From NCBI GenBank assembly GCA_964501945.1, contig CAZCTY010000001.1, positions 49,187-113,186 of the forward strand: a stretch of DNA of 64,000 bases, written 5' to 3'. Every line of letters begins with the position of its first letter. Position 1 is the stretch's first letter. Source of the stretch: an uncultured Methanosarcinales archaeon (GTDB lineage: Archaea; Nanobdellota; Nanobdellia; Woesearchaeales; 21-14-0-10-32-9). Both the position numbers and the translations under genes were made by a program. A model generated the notes under the pieces. It saw nothing but the letters and a program-made list of their open reading frames with translations, had not been told where the DNA came from and did no database searches. Below are positions 18,101 to 29,100 of the stretch, piece after piece.

Positions 18101-21100
18101 CAAAGACTTATTAACAAAATAAGAAAAAGAAGACGTCTCATTAAAATTACCAGAAGAATCATTAGCAAACCAAGAATAACTATAAAGACCAGCATCCAAA
18201 TCCTCAACTGAAAAACTATAAACACCATTAACTAAAAATAATTCTTTTTCAACAAATTCACCAGAGAAATTATGCTGAAGTAAAACAGTATCAACCCCAA
18301 AATTATCCTCCCAAGAAATATTAAAATAATAAACCCTCTCAGCATAACTAACAGGAGACTGCGGGCTAACAACGATGTCGCTATATTCAGGAGCCTCAGT
18401 ATCAACACTCAAAGAAAAATTCTCAGAGGCAAAACTCACCCTAGAACTTTTATCAACACATAAAACATTCCAAGAAAAAGAACCACTAGGAACACTAACA
18501 CTAAAAACGTTTTGTGAACCACTAACAGGACTTGAATCACTCGCGGTTTCCTCAAAAGAACCACTAACATTACTATACAAAAAACACTCATCAAGATTTT
18601 CATCAAAAGGAGTGTACACAAAATTCACATCATCAAAATTTAAAAAAGCACCATCCTCAGGAATGTTCAAATCAACCACGGGGTCAGTCAAATCAACAGT
18701 GAAAAACTCAACACTCGAAAAACCAATATTATTCTCAGAACTATTATCAACGCAAGAAACACTCCAATTATACAAACCCTCAGAAAAATCACTAAGAGAA
18801 AAAGTATTAACCTCAAAATTATCAACACTAAAACTTTGAGCATCTAACTCATCATCAACAAACAAAGAACAACTCTCAATGCCAGTCGCATCCTCAACTA
18901 AGTATTCAAATAAAATACTAGATGAATTCAAAAATTCATCACTCTCAGGATTTAAAAGAGAAATAACAGGAGGATCAGTATCCAAAGATTCAACAGTTAA
19001 AAAACGAGAATCACTAACCTCAAAGTTACCAAGAGAATCAAAACAACGAACGTTCCACTCATAATAATTATTAGATAAAAAAGTAGACATATTAAAAGGA
19101 ACCTCATCAACAATATCGCTCTTAGTTTCTCTAACAGAACCATTAACTAATAATTCACAATAATCAATACCAGAAACATCACAACACGCACCCGCAGAGA
19201 AAGTTACAACGTTAGTATCATCAATCAAAGCACCATCATCAGGACTGAACAAAGAAATATCAGGGCCGGATTGATCAATAATAAAAGACCACGCATCAGA
19301 AATACCATCATTACCAGCCTCATCAAAACAATGAACCTCCCACTCAAAAGTATTTTCAAACAACTCACGCTCAAAAGAATTAACAACACCTTCAATAGGA
19401 GAAGAATCCACATCAACAACTTCTAAGACGCCAGACTCATTTGTATGCAACTCACAATGACTAAGCGTGTTTTCCTCACTTGGAATATATGAAAAAGAAA
19501 CCAAAGAATCACTAGTTAAAAAATTATCAACAGGAGCTTCCAAACTAACAACAGGAGCAGTCCTATCAGTTATGTACTTGAAAACACTACTAGACTCAAC
19601 AGAATTACCAAATACATCATACGCAATAACCTTCCAATAATAAATGCGGTTAGCATCCAACGCGAAATCTAAAGAATACTCACTTTGAGAAATACTACTA
19701 GATGAGTAAACAAAATCAGGACTGCTAAGAGAAGGATTATCAGCAATGATTAAAGTGTAATTATCAAAATCAGGAGTCACAGTCTCCTCCCAAGACATAG
19801 TCGGATTTAACTCACGAGACTCCGTAGCATTAAGAGGATTTAACAAATCAAATTCGGTGGGAGGCACAACTTCAACCTCGAACCACAAATCAACACTTTT
19901 CTCACTGCTCTGACCAAGAGTATCGTTCGCCCAAATATTAGTTATGTTGTAAATGCCCTCATCTAAAGTATCTGTGAAAACAAAAAAGAATTCATCACCA
20001 TCTCTTTCTAACTCATGCTCAACAACAGAAGAATCAGGATACATCGCGGTTATAGAAGCAATATCAACACCGAAACTATCAGTTATACTAACACTAAAAC
20101 GAACAGACCTGTTCTGTCTTATGATTGTTTCATTAAGTGCTTCATTTTCAATTAACGGAGGCTGAGCGTTAATAAAAACAGTCCTATTATCATCAGCGAA
20201 AGCAAATCTTTCATCCTCGTTCTCACACCTAACGTTCCACTCATAAACACCATCACTAGGACTAAGACTAAAACTAGTAAGCGTATCAGTATCTACATCA
20301 CTGAGAGTAGCAGAAATATCCCATGAACCAGTAATATTAGTATAAAGATCACAAGTTAAAGTAGAATAAGTCTCATCACTAGCACTAAATGAAAAGTCTA
20401 CTGGGGTGTTAGAAACAATCTCATTATCACCAGGCGCACTCAAAGAAACCTCTGGCGGAGGCGTACCAGTATCAACTTCCAAGTAAGCCGCATAAACAAC
20501 GGCATCAGTAGGCCTACCACCACTCGCTCTTTCAACATGTCCAAAATGAACACTCAAATCATCAAGAGAACCAGAAGGATCACTCCAAGTACAACTAGAC
20601 CAAGAAGTAGAACTACCTCCTGGAACGAGATTACTACAAACAGTAGTTCCGCCTTGCCTTAAAGAATAAGTAAACTCAGCAGTATTACCAGTATTAGAAT
20701 ATACCCACAAAGTAATCTCCTCAACACCTGTCTCAACAACACTAGAAAAACCAAACTCAGACTCTTCCTCATCACCCATCCCACTTGCTATGCTGGTAGC
20801 GGTACTAGGCGCACTGGGCTGACGAGTACCTTTGCTGATTTGCGTGTAAGAAGTACCAGAACCAGAACTCCACTCAGTAGTTATATCGCTTGTAGGATCA
20901 TAATACGTAATAGGATCAATAGCCAAGTACCAAGGACGAGCCTCTTCAAATAATTTAACCTCACTTTCTTTCTCATAATCAATGAAACTTTGAAAAGCCC
21001 AAAGATACGGAATAATAAAAGGAGAATTAAAACTATATGAGGCAGAAAAATCACCATTTAAATTACTCCAAGTCAAATAAATATTATCAGCATCACGCGT

Positions 21101-22600
21101 CTTAACCGCGGAACCATAATCCTCAACAGAGAAACTAGAAGGCAAAACCTCTGTAAAAGAATAATCACTAATATTAACCCTAGGAGATACATTAACACTT
21201 GATTTAAAAGGACCTTGATAAGGATCAATAGTCACAGGAGTATCCCTTATAATATCAAACTCGTACTCATCACGCACAACAAAAAAAGAAACCATAGAAT
21301 CATCAACATTCCGCCCAATAGCAGACACACCCAAATCATACCTGCCCTCAACACTAGTTGTATGATTCAAATAATAAATACCAGTACCTGCATCAACTAT
21401 ATCAGACGGACCATACTCAAAGAATTCACCACGAGGATCAGTGATATTAATAATGACATCCGCGCCAGGAGTTAAATAACCATCACGATCAAGAACAACC
21501 ACAACTAACTCAGCCACATCACCTGATTGATAAATAGATTTTTTAGAATTAATAGACGCAACACCAGTTTCAGCATAAGCATTATCATCAGATTTACTCA
21601 AAACAAGCTCATATTCCTCACCAGGCACCAAGTCTTTGACCTTACTCCAACTACCTTCACATTCTTGAGATTCAAAAACCCAAGAATCACACATCAACAA
21701 CTCAGAACCCTCAGCAACATTAACCAAAACAATCTCGTCAAATTCAAAATCAAAACCAAGAGATAAAATCTTACTATTTTTATCATTTAAACGAACATTT
21801 CGAATCTCCTCCAACCCAAAACGAGCATTAGGAGAATTATCAAAACCCCGCATCTTAATTTCTCTAACGCCCAGGCCACGAGGCTGAATATTAAAATCAG
21901 AAACATCACCAGAAGACAAAACACCAACGCCTCGACTCGCATCCTCAGACACATCAATTTTAACATCCCTAAAATTACCACGAGAATTAACAACACCAAA
22001 AGGAGCCATCGAAGATTCAACGTCCTCAACAAAGAAAACACCTTCAAAAGTCTCTCCTGAATCATCTTCAACTAAAACATAGTATTCACCAGGCTCAGAC
22101 GGGAAAAAACTAACAGGAAACGTAGGAGTCCCAGAGAAAGAAAACTCACGCTCACCAAATTTAATAACTAACTTATTAACATTTAAATCCTCAGATAAAT
22201 CAATCTCAACCTCCTCACCAATCCTATAATTCTCACGCCCAGTAAAAACAACATCGTCTGGGCTAGCATCAAAAGACTCCTCAGCAAAACCATCTTCTCC
22301 GATAACAGAAAAAGAAGCACTACCAACAATATCAGAACCATTAATAACATTAATAACATAATCCCCAGAGCTTTCAGGAAAAAAACTATGACTTCCAAGA
22401 ACGTCCCCAACCATTCTAAAAACACGATCATCATGAACAATTTCTAAACGAGTACCATTAAAAGAGACATAAAAATCAACTTGCACCCCCAAATCAAAAA
22501 CATCATCTTCTAAATCAACAAAGCCACTAACAAAAGGTACAAAAGAGAGAAAACTAATAATAAACAAAATACACAATCCCCAAAAAATCCTTCCCCTCAT
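15191..22600 (-). CDS. Giant (2469 aa) secreted cell-surface protein built of tandem approximately 95-aa beta-sandwich modules; conserved B/C-like C-terminal domain
   Basis: The signal peptide ends in FVPFVSG. There are at least 10 modules ending in a Y-x-W-x-V-x-C-x-D-x-x-G-N motif (YEWNVRCENEDE, FEWEVHCFDEAGN, YEWNVRCFDSLGN, YNWSVSCVDNS, FSWNVLCVDKS, YSWRVECTDVFDN, HEWNVECVDSYDN). N-x-S/T sequons are very frequent. The C-terminus TGILWDTSDD..FEVRVPATLRTYSGSNEKLAFYIEII aligns with the B-family proteins. Confidence 0.8.
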   Translation of the reverse strand: MRGRIFWGLCILFIISFLSFVPFVSGFVDLEDDVFDLGVQVDFYVSFNGTRLEIVHDDRVFRMVGDVLGSHSFFPESSGDYVINVINGSDIVGSASFSVIGEDGFAEESFDASPDDVVFTGRENYRIGEEVEIDLSEDLNVNKLVIKFGEREFSFSGTPTFPVSFFPSEPGEYYVLVEDDSGETFEGVFFVEDVESSMAPFGVVNSRGNFRDVKIDVSEDASRGVGVLSSGDVSDFNIQPRGLGVREIKMRGFDNSPNARFGLEEIRNVRLNDKNSKILSLGFDFEFDEIVLVNVAEGSELLMCDSWVFESQECEGSWSKVKDLVPGEEYELVLSKSDDNAYAETGVASINSKKSIYQSGDVAELVVVVLDRDGYLTPGADVIINITDPRGEFFEYGPSDIVDAGTGIYYLNHTTSVEGRYDLGVSAIGRNVDDSMVSFFVVRDEYEFDIIRDTPVTIDPYQGPFKSSVNVSPRVNISDYSFTEVLPSSFSVEDYGSAVKTRDADNIYLTWSNLNGDFSASYSFNSPFIIPYLWAFQSFIDYEKESEVKLFEEARPWYLAIDPITYYDPTSDITTEWSSGSGTSYTQISKGTRQPSAPSTATSIASGMGDEEESEFGFSSVVETGVEEITLWVYSNTGNTAEFTYSLRQGGTTVCSNLVPGGSSTSWSSCTWSDPSGSLDDLSVHFGHVERASGGRPTDAVVYAAYLEVDTGTPPPEVSLSAPGDNEIVSNTPVDFSFSASDETYSTLTCDLYTNITGSWDISATLSDVDTDTLTSFSLSPSDGVYEWNVRCENEDERFAFADDNRTVFINAQPPLIENEALNETIIRQNRSVRFSVSITDSFGVDIASITAMYPDSSVVEHELERDGDEFFFVFTDTLDEGIYNITNIWANDTLGQSSEKSVDLWFEVEVVPPTEFDLLNPLNATESRELNPTMSWEETVTPDFDNYTLIIADNPSLSSPDFVYSSSSISQSEYSLDFALDANRIYYWKVIAYDVFGNSVESSSVFKYITDRTAPVVSLEAPVDNFLTSDSLVSFSYIPSEENTLSHCELHTNESGVLEVVDVDSSPIEGVVNSFERELFENTFEWEVHCFDEAGNDGISDAWSFIIDQSGPDISLFSPDDGALIDDTNVVTFSAGACCDVSGIDYCELLVNGSVRETKSDIVDEVPFNMSTFLSNNYYEWNVRCFDSLGNFEVSDSRFLTVESLDTDPPVISLLNPESDEFLNSSSILFEYLVEDATGIESCSLFVDDELDAQSFSVDNFEVNTFSLSDFSEGLYNWSVSCVDNSSENNIGFSSVEFFTVDLTDPVVDLNIPEDGAFLNFDDVNFVYTPFDENLDECFLYSNVSGSFEETASDSSPVSGSQNVFSVSVPSGSFSWNVLCVDKSSRVSFASENFSLSVDTEAPEYSDIVVSPQSPVSYAERVYYFNISWEDNFGVDTVLLQHNFSGEFVEKELFLVNGVYSFSVEDLDAGLYSYSWFANDSSGNFNETSSFSYFVNKSLPVFSLSLNGVEDDLVIDENEVVSIAGDVAIPDEGYLELYLNNDLISSGNGFVEEDLLFEDPGSYNVSLVFNETDNYFYDNITYSVNVLDVSPPVVLLESPGNNSLISTGTRSLNYNVNDSSPIESCSLYVNGELNQVDEDVARFTSQFFSLSVVEDDYSWRVECTDVFDNTGVSETRFFTGVDDDTINIEVSTEASWEVGTPASILVNSTDAFLSPLNTFFDAFIISGETGVPWWDSDWGRRRNIVMNETSGVELVDGVASVNITGLEGSVESCDELRFVNHESLDPVESLFTVHGETLDSCFVSFAVNLDANIVNYDSYYVYYDNPNAGGPSVELDLVESALFNANDRDIDDEEGGSFSDLDSILGKDDDSFAVIEASGGGDRYVLLHGRDFIDETFGDIERVEARFRYEVPESGGASNRIFHYSVDDGASYTELNRFSGTIGKTTSQWFDITESYSSLSWSELNRTRLQGEVVKSGGAATITMYLYWVELNVTYIKDSDVDEVLVSGEEVLVDSFSGETSGSCGCDSFSWNTQGVDLGLYSSVVLASAESYDDATSFTTFEVAPDVTPPNVSLINPEDGFEAGRGLFDFSYRPYDFNLDNCTLFLGSNGGVLEEVVTDVNVVSNETNTFEGVLVDIGIHEWNVECVDSYDNVGFADENFLLNISAPDLVVRDDDIWFDYDELIEGVEVSVFANVSNEGLSDAEESFNVSFYLGNPVEGGEFISSSLVPGLGSLDVVSVGADFDLSFGSNNVFVVVDPEDVVNETTVDNNVANNSLYVELYQYYFGSSSSDIVLGKDDLSMFIEYRNLSSRGGLVFFSDVDASFSYGDLQALTRNVDGGLVSGDFSALDDVMGTAGLSDSIRNTWGAGSEVPVETRTFNLPSGPVNNVPVVASTEYDDFVTGILWDTSDDSGNERFDSADKETVVFVTEINPSSEGRFGIYDFEVRVPATLRTYSGSNEKLAFYIEII

Positions 22601-22641
22601 AATAACAATATAATCACTTAACCTTTTTAATTCTTATTTTT

Positions 22642-24387
22642 TTAACCATTAACCGAAAACACAATCATCCCCTCACAATCAGCTACCTCAGACGGAGGCG
22701 CCAGCAATTCCCAAAAAGTACTCTGACTAACCAACTCAGAGGAAGATTGCTTCTCCAAATCTTCAAATATAATACTAAAATCAGAGGACAAAACACTTTT
22801 AGATTCAAAAGGAACACCTTCCACAGTTGAAAAACGACTATTACCAACAGGAATATCAACATCATTATCACAAAACAAAGCAAACCCAGAACCCTCAAGA
22901 GGATCACTACCACCATAACCCCTAACAAAAACACTCACAGGCATATTACCCACATTAAAAACATCCAAAGAAACCTCCTCAGAAACATCACCAGCAGGAA
23001 TTTCGCCATAATCAAGATTAAAACTAGACAAATTAATAGCATAAAGCTCATCAACAAAACTCAAATTAAAACCAGAACCACTAAGACCTTGAGCATCAAA
23101 CGAGGTAACATTACAAACCCAAGAACCATTACTCGCATAATGCAACAAATCAAAAGAACAACTAAACTCACCAATATCCCCAAAAGTACTAACTAAATCA
23201 CACTCATCATAATAAACAATTTTATCATCAAGAGAAAAATCACCAATACCTTCTAAATGAAAAAAAGCCTCAACACTAGAAATATCACCCGCGCCATTGC
23301 CGTCTTCAACCAACACATCACATGTAACCTCTTTAGTAGAACCAGGATTGAGATTTACAACATCAGGAACACTAACACTTACAACTTGAGGAGGATGAAC
23401 CTCAACGAATAAATCAAAAATAGAAGATGAACCAGTCAAAAAAGGATTATCACACTCAACAAACCAAGTATAAAAACCATTACTAAGATTAACCACGAAC
23501 TCTTGCACAACACCAGAACTAACATCAAAAACAGTTTTATTTAAAGAATCATTAATAAACAAACGACACTCATCAATACTAGAATAATCCTCAACCAAAT
23601 AAGAGAAAACAATTTCATTATCAGCCATCTCAACACTCTCATTTTCAGGATCAATTAAAGTAACATTCGGAGGAGTGTCAGGAATAACCTCAACATCAAA
23701 TACTGTATCTTTATTATTACCCTCAAACACTACATCATCACTCTCACAAAAAACAGAAACCTCCAAATCAGATGAACCAAAACCAAAACTCTCCAACTCA
23801 AAGACAACATCCACGATTTCAGATTCAGGAATTAAAGTTACAAAAAGAGAATCACTCCCTTTAACATCCATAGAATCAGTATTACTAATAAAAAGCTCAA
23901 CATCACAATTCTCAGAATCACTAACAAGGGATGAGAGCTCAACAGAGACATTAAAATCAGAATAAGAACTAACCTCAAAATTATCAACAGGCTCAGATAT
24001 ATTAACAACGACTTCAGGAGGCCTAACAATATCTAAAGAAACATTAATTTCCTCAGAGGAACCACTCAAAACCCTAAACGTCTCACCATAAAAAGAATCA
24101 TTAAACGCACGAACAAGAACCTCATCACCAGAACTCGCAGTTATAGCAAGAGAATAAAAACCCTCAAAACCAGGAACACTCGGCGCAGAAACCTCAGTGA
24201 AAAAAACCTCGCCAGTATAAGTATTATTAACAATAACAGGCACACCATCAGGCGCCCCAACGCCATTATCTAAAAACACAAAACCATCAATATTAAAAGG
24301 AACAATTGGCTGAGTTGAAACAAAAACAGAGAAACAAATAATGAGACTAAACAAAACAACAAAACCCCTCAAAATTTTAAAAATCAT
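22642..24387 (-). CDS. Secreted 581-aa surface protein; its C-terminal domain is shared with cassette family A
   Basis: The signal peptide ends in FVSTQP. An internal W-x-V-x-C module is present (YTWFVECDNPF). The C-terminal part (FSCSFDLLHYASNGSWVCNVTSFDAQG...CEGMIVFSVNG) aligns with A1/A2 (SSCTFDVIHYANSGEWFCNVSAQDSWGF...CTGTLRFTATPSA). The start overlaps the upstream gene by 4 nt. Confidence 0.7.
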   Translation of the reverse strand: MIFKILRGFVVLFSLIICFSVFVSTQPIVPFNIDGFVFLDNGVGAPDGVPVIVNNTYTGEVFFTEVSAPSVPGFEGFYSLAITASSGDEVLVRAFNDSFYGETFRVLSGSSEEINVSLDIVRPPEVVVNISEPVDNFEVSSYSDFNVSVELSSLVSDSENCDVELFISNTDSMDVKGSDSLFVTLIPESEIVDVVFELESFGFGSSDLEVSVFCESDDVVFEGNNKDTVFDVEVIPDTPPNVTLIDPENESVEMADNEIVFSYLVEDYSSIDECRLFINDSLNKTVFDVSSGVVQEFVVNLSNGFYTWFVECDNPFLTGSSSIFDLFVEVHPPQVVSVSVPDVVNLNPGSTKEVTCDVLVEDGNGAGDISSVEAFFHLEGIGDFSLDDKIVYYDECDLVSTFGDIGEFSCSFDLLHYASNGSWVCNVTSFDAQGLSGSGFNLSFVDELYAINLSSFNLDYGEIPAGDVSEEVSLDVFNVGNMPVSVFVRGYGGSDPLEGSGFALFCDNDVDIPVGNSRFSTVEGVPFESKSVLSSDFSIIFEDLEKQSSSELVSQSTFWELLAPPSEVADCEGMIVFSVNG

Positions 24388-26171
24388 CTAACAACACCCA
24401 ACCATCTTTTTTTGAAAATAAAATGAATAAAAACAAAAACAACCAAAACAAACAAAAGAATAAAGTACGTAGATAAAAAAGTATCATTTTCTTTTTCAAT
24501 TAAGAATACAAACTCATTTACACCAGAACCCAAAATTAAAGTATCTTCCACAATTAAATCATCATAAAAAAGACGAAGACTCAACTCATCACCCAAAGAA
24601 CCAAAAACATCACCCGTATAAAAAAAAGAACCATCAAAAACTAACAAATCCAAAAAGAACTCATCACCTGTATTTTTATTAACAACTTCTAAAAATAAAG
24701 AATCAGAAACATTACTAATCTCAGCATCAGAAAAAGAAACTAACTTACCATTATCCAAAAACAAAACCTTGCCAAAAACAGAGAAACTGGGCTTAACTTC
24801 ATGAACCAACATAGGCTTTCTCACAGGAACAACATCTTCTCTATGAGTAATACCAAAAAAAGACAAACCATCAAAGATAGACTCAAAAAAGAACTCACCA
24901 CCATCTTCTTTTAAAAAAGATGTAGGCAACTCAACCCAATCACGATCCTCAAACCTAACTAGGACAATATCATCAACACCAAGACCTGTATCATTAAGCC
25001 ACGAACCACTAACAGAGAAAACCAAACTAACACTATCACTGAAAGATTCGTTTACATCAACACGAAAATACTCATAAGTCCTAGTACTCAAAGAACTAAT
25101 ACCCTCAGTCCTCGGAGAAAACTCACTAACACTTAAAGATAAAGACCTAAAAGTATCAAGCTCAACGCGCCTTAAAGCAAAACCTTTCTCGCTAAATGAT
25201 GCAGAAAAAGAATCCTTATCAGAGGTCGCTGCGGAAACATTACTAAAAAAAACCCTCTGACGCGAAGACCTCTCACGAGGCTCATCTACGGTTAAGAAAA
25301 ATATTTGCCGCACAACCTCACCGAGCAAATCCTCAACATCAATTATAATAATATACTCCCCACTATGATGACTTTCAGGCTCAAAAGTTAAAACATTACC
25401 ATCAAAAAACATACCCTCAGGACCTCTAAAAACAGAATAATTCAAAAAATCAACATCCTCATCCAAAACCTCAACTTCATACTCAAAAACATCACCTCGC
25501 ATAACAGATGTAACAGGCTCAGAGACAATACGAGGATCCTCTTTTTCAACAAAGACCTCAACAAAAAACTCCTGCAAAGAATAATCCACGCCATCAGAAG
25601 CATTAATCACAACGCTATGATTACCAAACTGATACCTCTCAGGAACCCAATAAACTACATTATCAGATAAAGACATACCACTAGGCGCATCAACCAAAGA
25701 ATATGAAATAACATCCTCATTCCAATCAAAAACCTCAACTTCATAAGAATATTCTTCACCAGCTAAAGCTTCAACTACAGGATCAGAAATAAAACTAGGC
25801 GCAACATTACCAATACTCATATTCAAATACAAATCAACATTACGATGCATACCACTGAGAGTAAAATTTGAACTATCAACAAAAAAAGAATTAGACACAC
25901 TAACATTTACATGACTACCCACGCTCCAATTTAAAACAACAGAGAAACGACCAGAACTACCACGACCAGTACGAGCAGTAATTACCTCGCCAGTGTCAAC
26001 ATTAGTAATATTAACAGGAACATTCTCAAATAATTCCCTGCCCTTTAAGTTGTACACAGAACCATCAACACCTAAAGGAACAGGATTTGCAAAAACAACT
26101 ACGAAAGATAAAATAAAAAATAAAAAAGACGCCATGAATGCAAATAAAATTTTATTATTCATGAATATCAC
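24384..26171 (-). CDS. 595-aa type I membrane surface protein
   Basis: The signal peptide ends in VVFANP. A carboxypeptidase-regulatory-like N-terminal beta domain is present (VPLGVDGSVYNLKGRELFENVPVNITNVDTGEVITARTGRGSSGRFSV). The C-terminal TM is TYFILLFVLVVFVFIHFIF, followed by KKRWLGVVR. Confidence 0.7.
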   Translation of the reverse strand: MIFMNNKILFAFMASFLFFILSFVVVFANPVPLGVDGSVYNLKGRELFENVPVNITNVDTGEVITARTGRGSSGRFSVVLNWSVGSHVNVSVSNSFFVDSSNFTLSGMHRNVDLYLNMSIGNVAPSFISDPVVEALAGEEYSYEVEVFDWNEDVISYSLVDAPSGMSLSDNVVYWVPERYQFGNHSVVINASDGVDYSLQEFFVEVFVEKEDPRIVSEPVTSVMRGDVFEYEVEVLDEDVDFLNYSVFRGPEGMFFDGNVLTFEPESHHSGEYIIIIDVEDLLGEVVRQIFFLTVDEPRERSSRQRVFFSNVSAATSDKDSFSASFSEKGFALRRVELDTFRSLSLSVSEFSPRTEGISSLSTRTYEYFRVDVNESFSDSVSLVFSVSGSWLNDTGLGVDDIVLVRFEDRDWVELPTSFLKEDGGEFFFESIFDGLSFFGITHREDVVPVRKPMLVHEVKPSFSVFGKVLFLDNGKLVSFSDAEISNVSDSLFLEVVNKNTGDEFFLDLLVFDGSFFYTGDVFGSLGDELSLRLFYDDLIVEDTLILGSGVNEFVFLIEKENDTFLSTYFILLFVLVVFVFIHFIFKKRWLGVVR

Positions 26172-29100
26172 CTAACGGATTATGCAACCAAACACTACTT
26201 TGCTTTGAGTTAAAATAATAAGAGTTTAAAGGCGTTAAATTAATCGCACGACTCCAACCATACGAAACATCATTAACAACGAAGTGAGACGAAGACACAA
26301 AACTGTTCTTATCAGGATCATAAAAATTAACATGAGATATAGAAAACTCAGGATCAGTATTAATTACAGGACCATCATAATTTCCAGTGAGCGGTAAAGA
26401 CTTTTCTTTCAAAGATAGCCAAGGAACCAAGTTTTGACCCTCATCTAAATTAATAGAAACATCACTATCAGGCACAACACCTCCAATCTTCAAGCTACAC
26501 GTATCATCTGCTTCAAAGAAGTAACCGTTCATAGGATCAAATTCAACAAAACTCTCACTTCCCTCACTTGGAACAAAAACACCATCAACCAAATCAACCC
26601 TCAAAAAAGAATTAGAAGAAGAATCAAACTCCCAAATCGCAACCAAACAATCAGAAAAAAACCTCAAACCATCATTATACCCATCAAATAATTCATACTC
26701 AGATAAATAAAAAGGAACACTAACCATATTAAAACCCTCTTTTAGAGTATGAGATGAAACACCAGCAAAACTACTATTAAAAGATTCAAAACCATTAGAT
26801 TCAGAAGTTATCTTAAAAAAAACATCACTTAAACCAGAAACATTATACTCAAAAAAAGACTCAGAGACAGAAAAATTAACCTCGTCAGAAAAATTATCAA
26901 AACTATTCGCTACATAAACATTATAAGAATCCGCCCCTTCAACTAAATCCCACGAGATAACAAAAGAATCATTCTCATACAAATCACTACTAACAACAGG
27001 CCTTGGCACAAAAACATCAAAAGAAAAATTCTCATCAGCAAAATCAAAATTACCAAAAGAATCATTACACCAAACATTCCAAACGTACTTTCCATAATCA
27101 AGCTCAACTTCAAAAGAATTCAATCCATTAGAAACATTACTACTAGAAACATTCAAAGACAAATTACTCTCATCACCTAAGTAAAGAGAACACGATTCTA
27201 AATTATGATCAAATACACTAAATGAAAAATTAACAACGCCCCTGTCTTGAAGAGAACCATTTAAAGGACTCAACAACTCAACACTTGGAGGAGTAACATC
27301 AGGAACTAAAGAGATAAAAGAAAAATTCTTCGCAGAATCAAAACCACTCCTACTAGCACTAACAACCAAAGAATAATCACCAACCCCTAAATCTTGCGTG
27401 CTCCAATTAAAACTAAGAAAACCAGAAGACGACGCATCACGAGAAAAAGTACCAACAAGCAACTCCTCACCTAAAAGAGCAGTATCAGTTACAACAACAT
27501 CCTTTTTATAAGAAACATTCAATTCAAACCAAAAAACATCAACAGTCGTATGACCTCCCCCACCATCTTTTTGCATAGTCCCTCTCAAAACAGTGCTGTT
27601 TAAAACATTCCACGAAAGAGATGAAAACTCCCCTGTGATATCATCCCAAGGGCTTGTTGTTTTACTAACAGCATTAACACCTGAAAAAGAATTAACAAAA
27701 CCAGAACCCTCAACATTATAACTAAGATACCAACCAACAAAATTATTAGCATTAGGAACAGCGTACCTATAACGAACAAAAACTTCTTCTGCAGATCCAA
27801 GAGGAATGAAATCAACAAACCCTGATCCGAGAACAGAAATAGTGCTAGGACCTCCACCCACAGCCTCTAACCTCGCAAAGGTATCATCATTTTTACCAAG
27901 AACATTTTGAGGATTTTGAACATTACCATCCTCATCAAAATCATGCGCATTAAACAAAACACTATCAAACAAATCCAAAGCATCAGATGGGGCACTCGCA
28001 TCAGAATTATTATAATACACAAAATAATCTGAGCTAAAAGAATTACTAGGAACACTAACTTCAAATAAAACCTCACACCAACCACTACCAGAATTATTAA
28101 CCAAAAACAAAACTTCCTCAGAATCAACACTTTCATGATTAACTACACGAACCTCATCACAAACAACTCCAGGAGAGCTAACATTAATACTTGCAATACC
28201 TTCAATAATGTCCTCGCCAAGAGTCTCATTTAAAACAATGTTTTGACGAGAAACCCAAGAAGAATTCCACCAAGGCACACTACTATTACCCGAAATAGCA
28301 AAAGAATCAACACTAGCAGACAGATAATCTCCAAGCAAATCAAAAACACTAACATTAAAATTAATAAGAGCTCCCTGCTCAAATTCATCACCAACAGACA
28401 AATTAACAAACAAATCACTCAAATCAAGAACTTCAAAAGACCAAGAATCACTAACACCAAGATTACCAAAAGAATCAACACACTCAACACGCCACACATA
28501 AAAACCCTCATCAATACTCAAATAAAATTCTTCAACAAAATCACGAGGAACACCACTAACATTATCAACTAAAGAACCATCAACAAAAAAAGCACAATGA
28601 TCAATAGGACTGGAATCACTCACAGAAAAACCAAAATATCTAGGTCCTGCGCTGATCTGAGTATTGTTTAAAGGATACTCTAAACTAACAACAGGAGGAG
28701 TTACATCAATAACATCAACAAAAAAACTAATACGCCGCCCCAAAAAATTATCAGTCTCATTAAAAACTAAAGAAACATTATAAGACCCAGGCTCAGCAAA
28801 AAAATAATCTAAACTAAAAGAACCATTTTCTAAAAGAACAACACTCCCGTCAATTAATAAAGAAAACTCTCCATCCAAAGGATCTAAAACTTCTCCTGAA
28901 ATATTTACAAAAGAACCCTCAACAACAGACAAATTATCACTAGTACTATTAAGATACAAATTAATATCAGGCAAACCCCTCAAAACATCATAATCAAAAA
29001 AATCAGTAACATTACTATTACCAGCAGAGTCATTTGCATGCCACCTAAAACTATAACTACTAGCATTTAATTTTGTTGCAAACCAATAAACATCACTTCC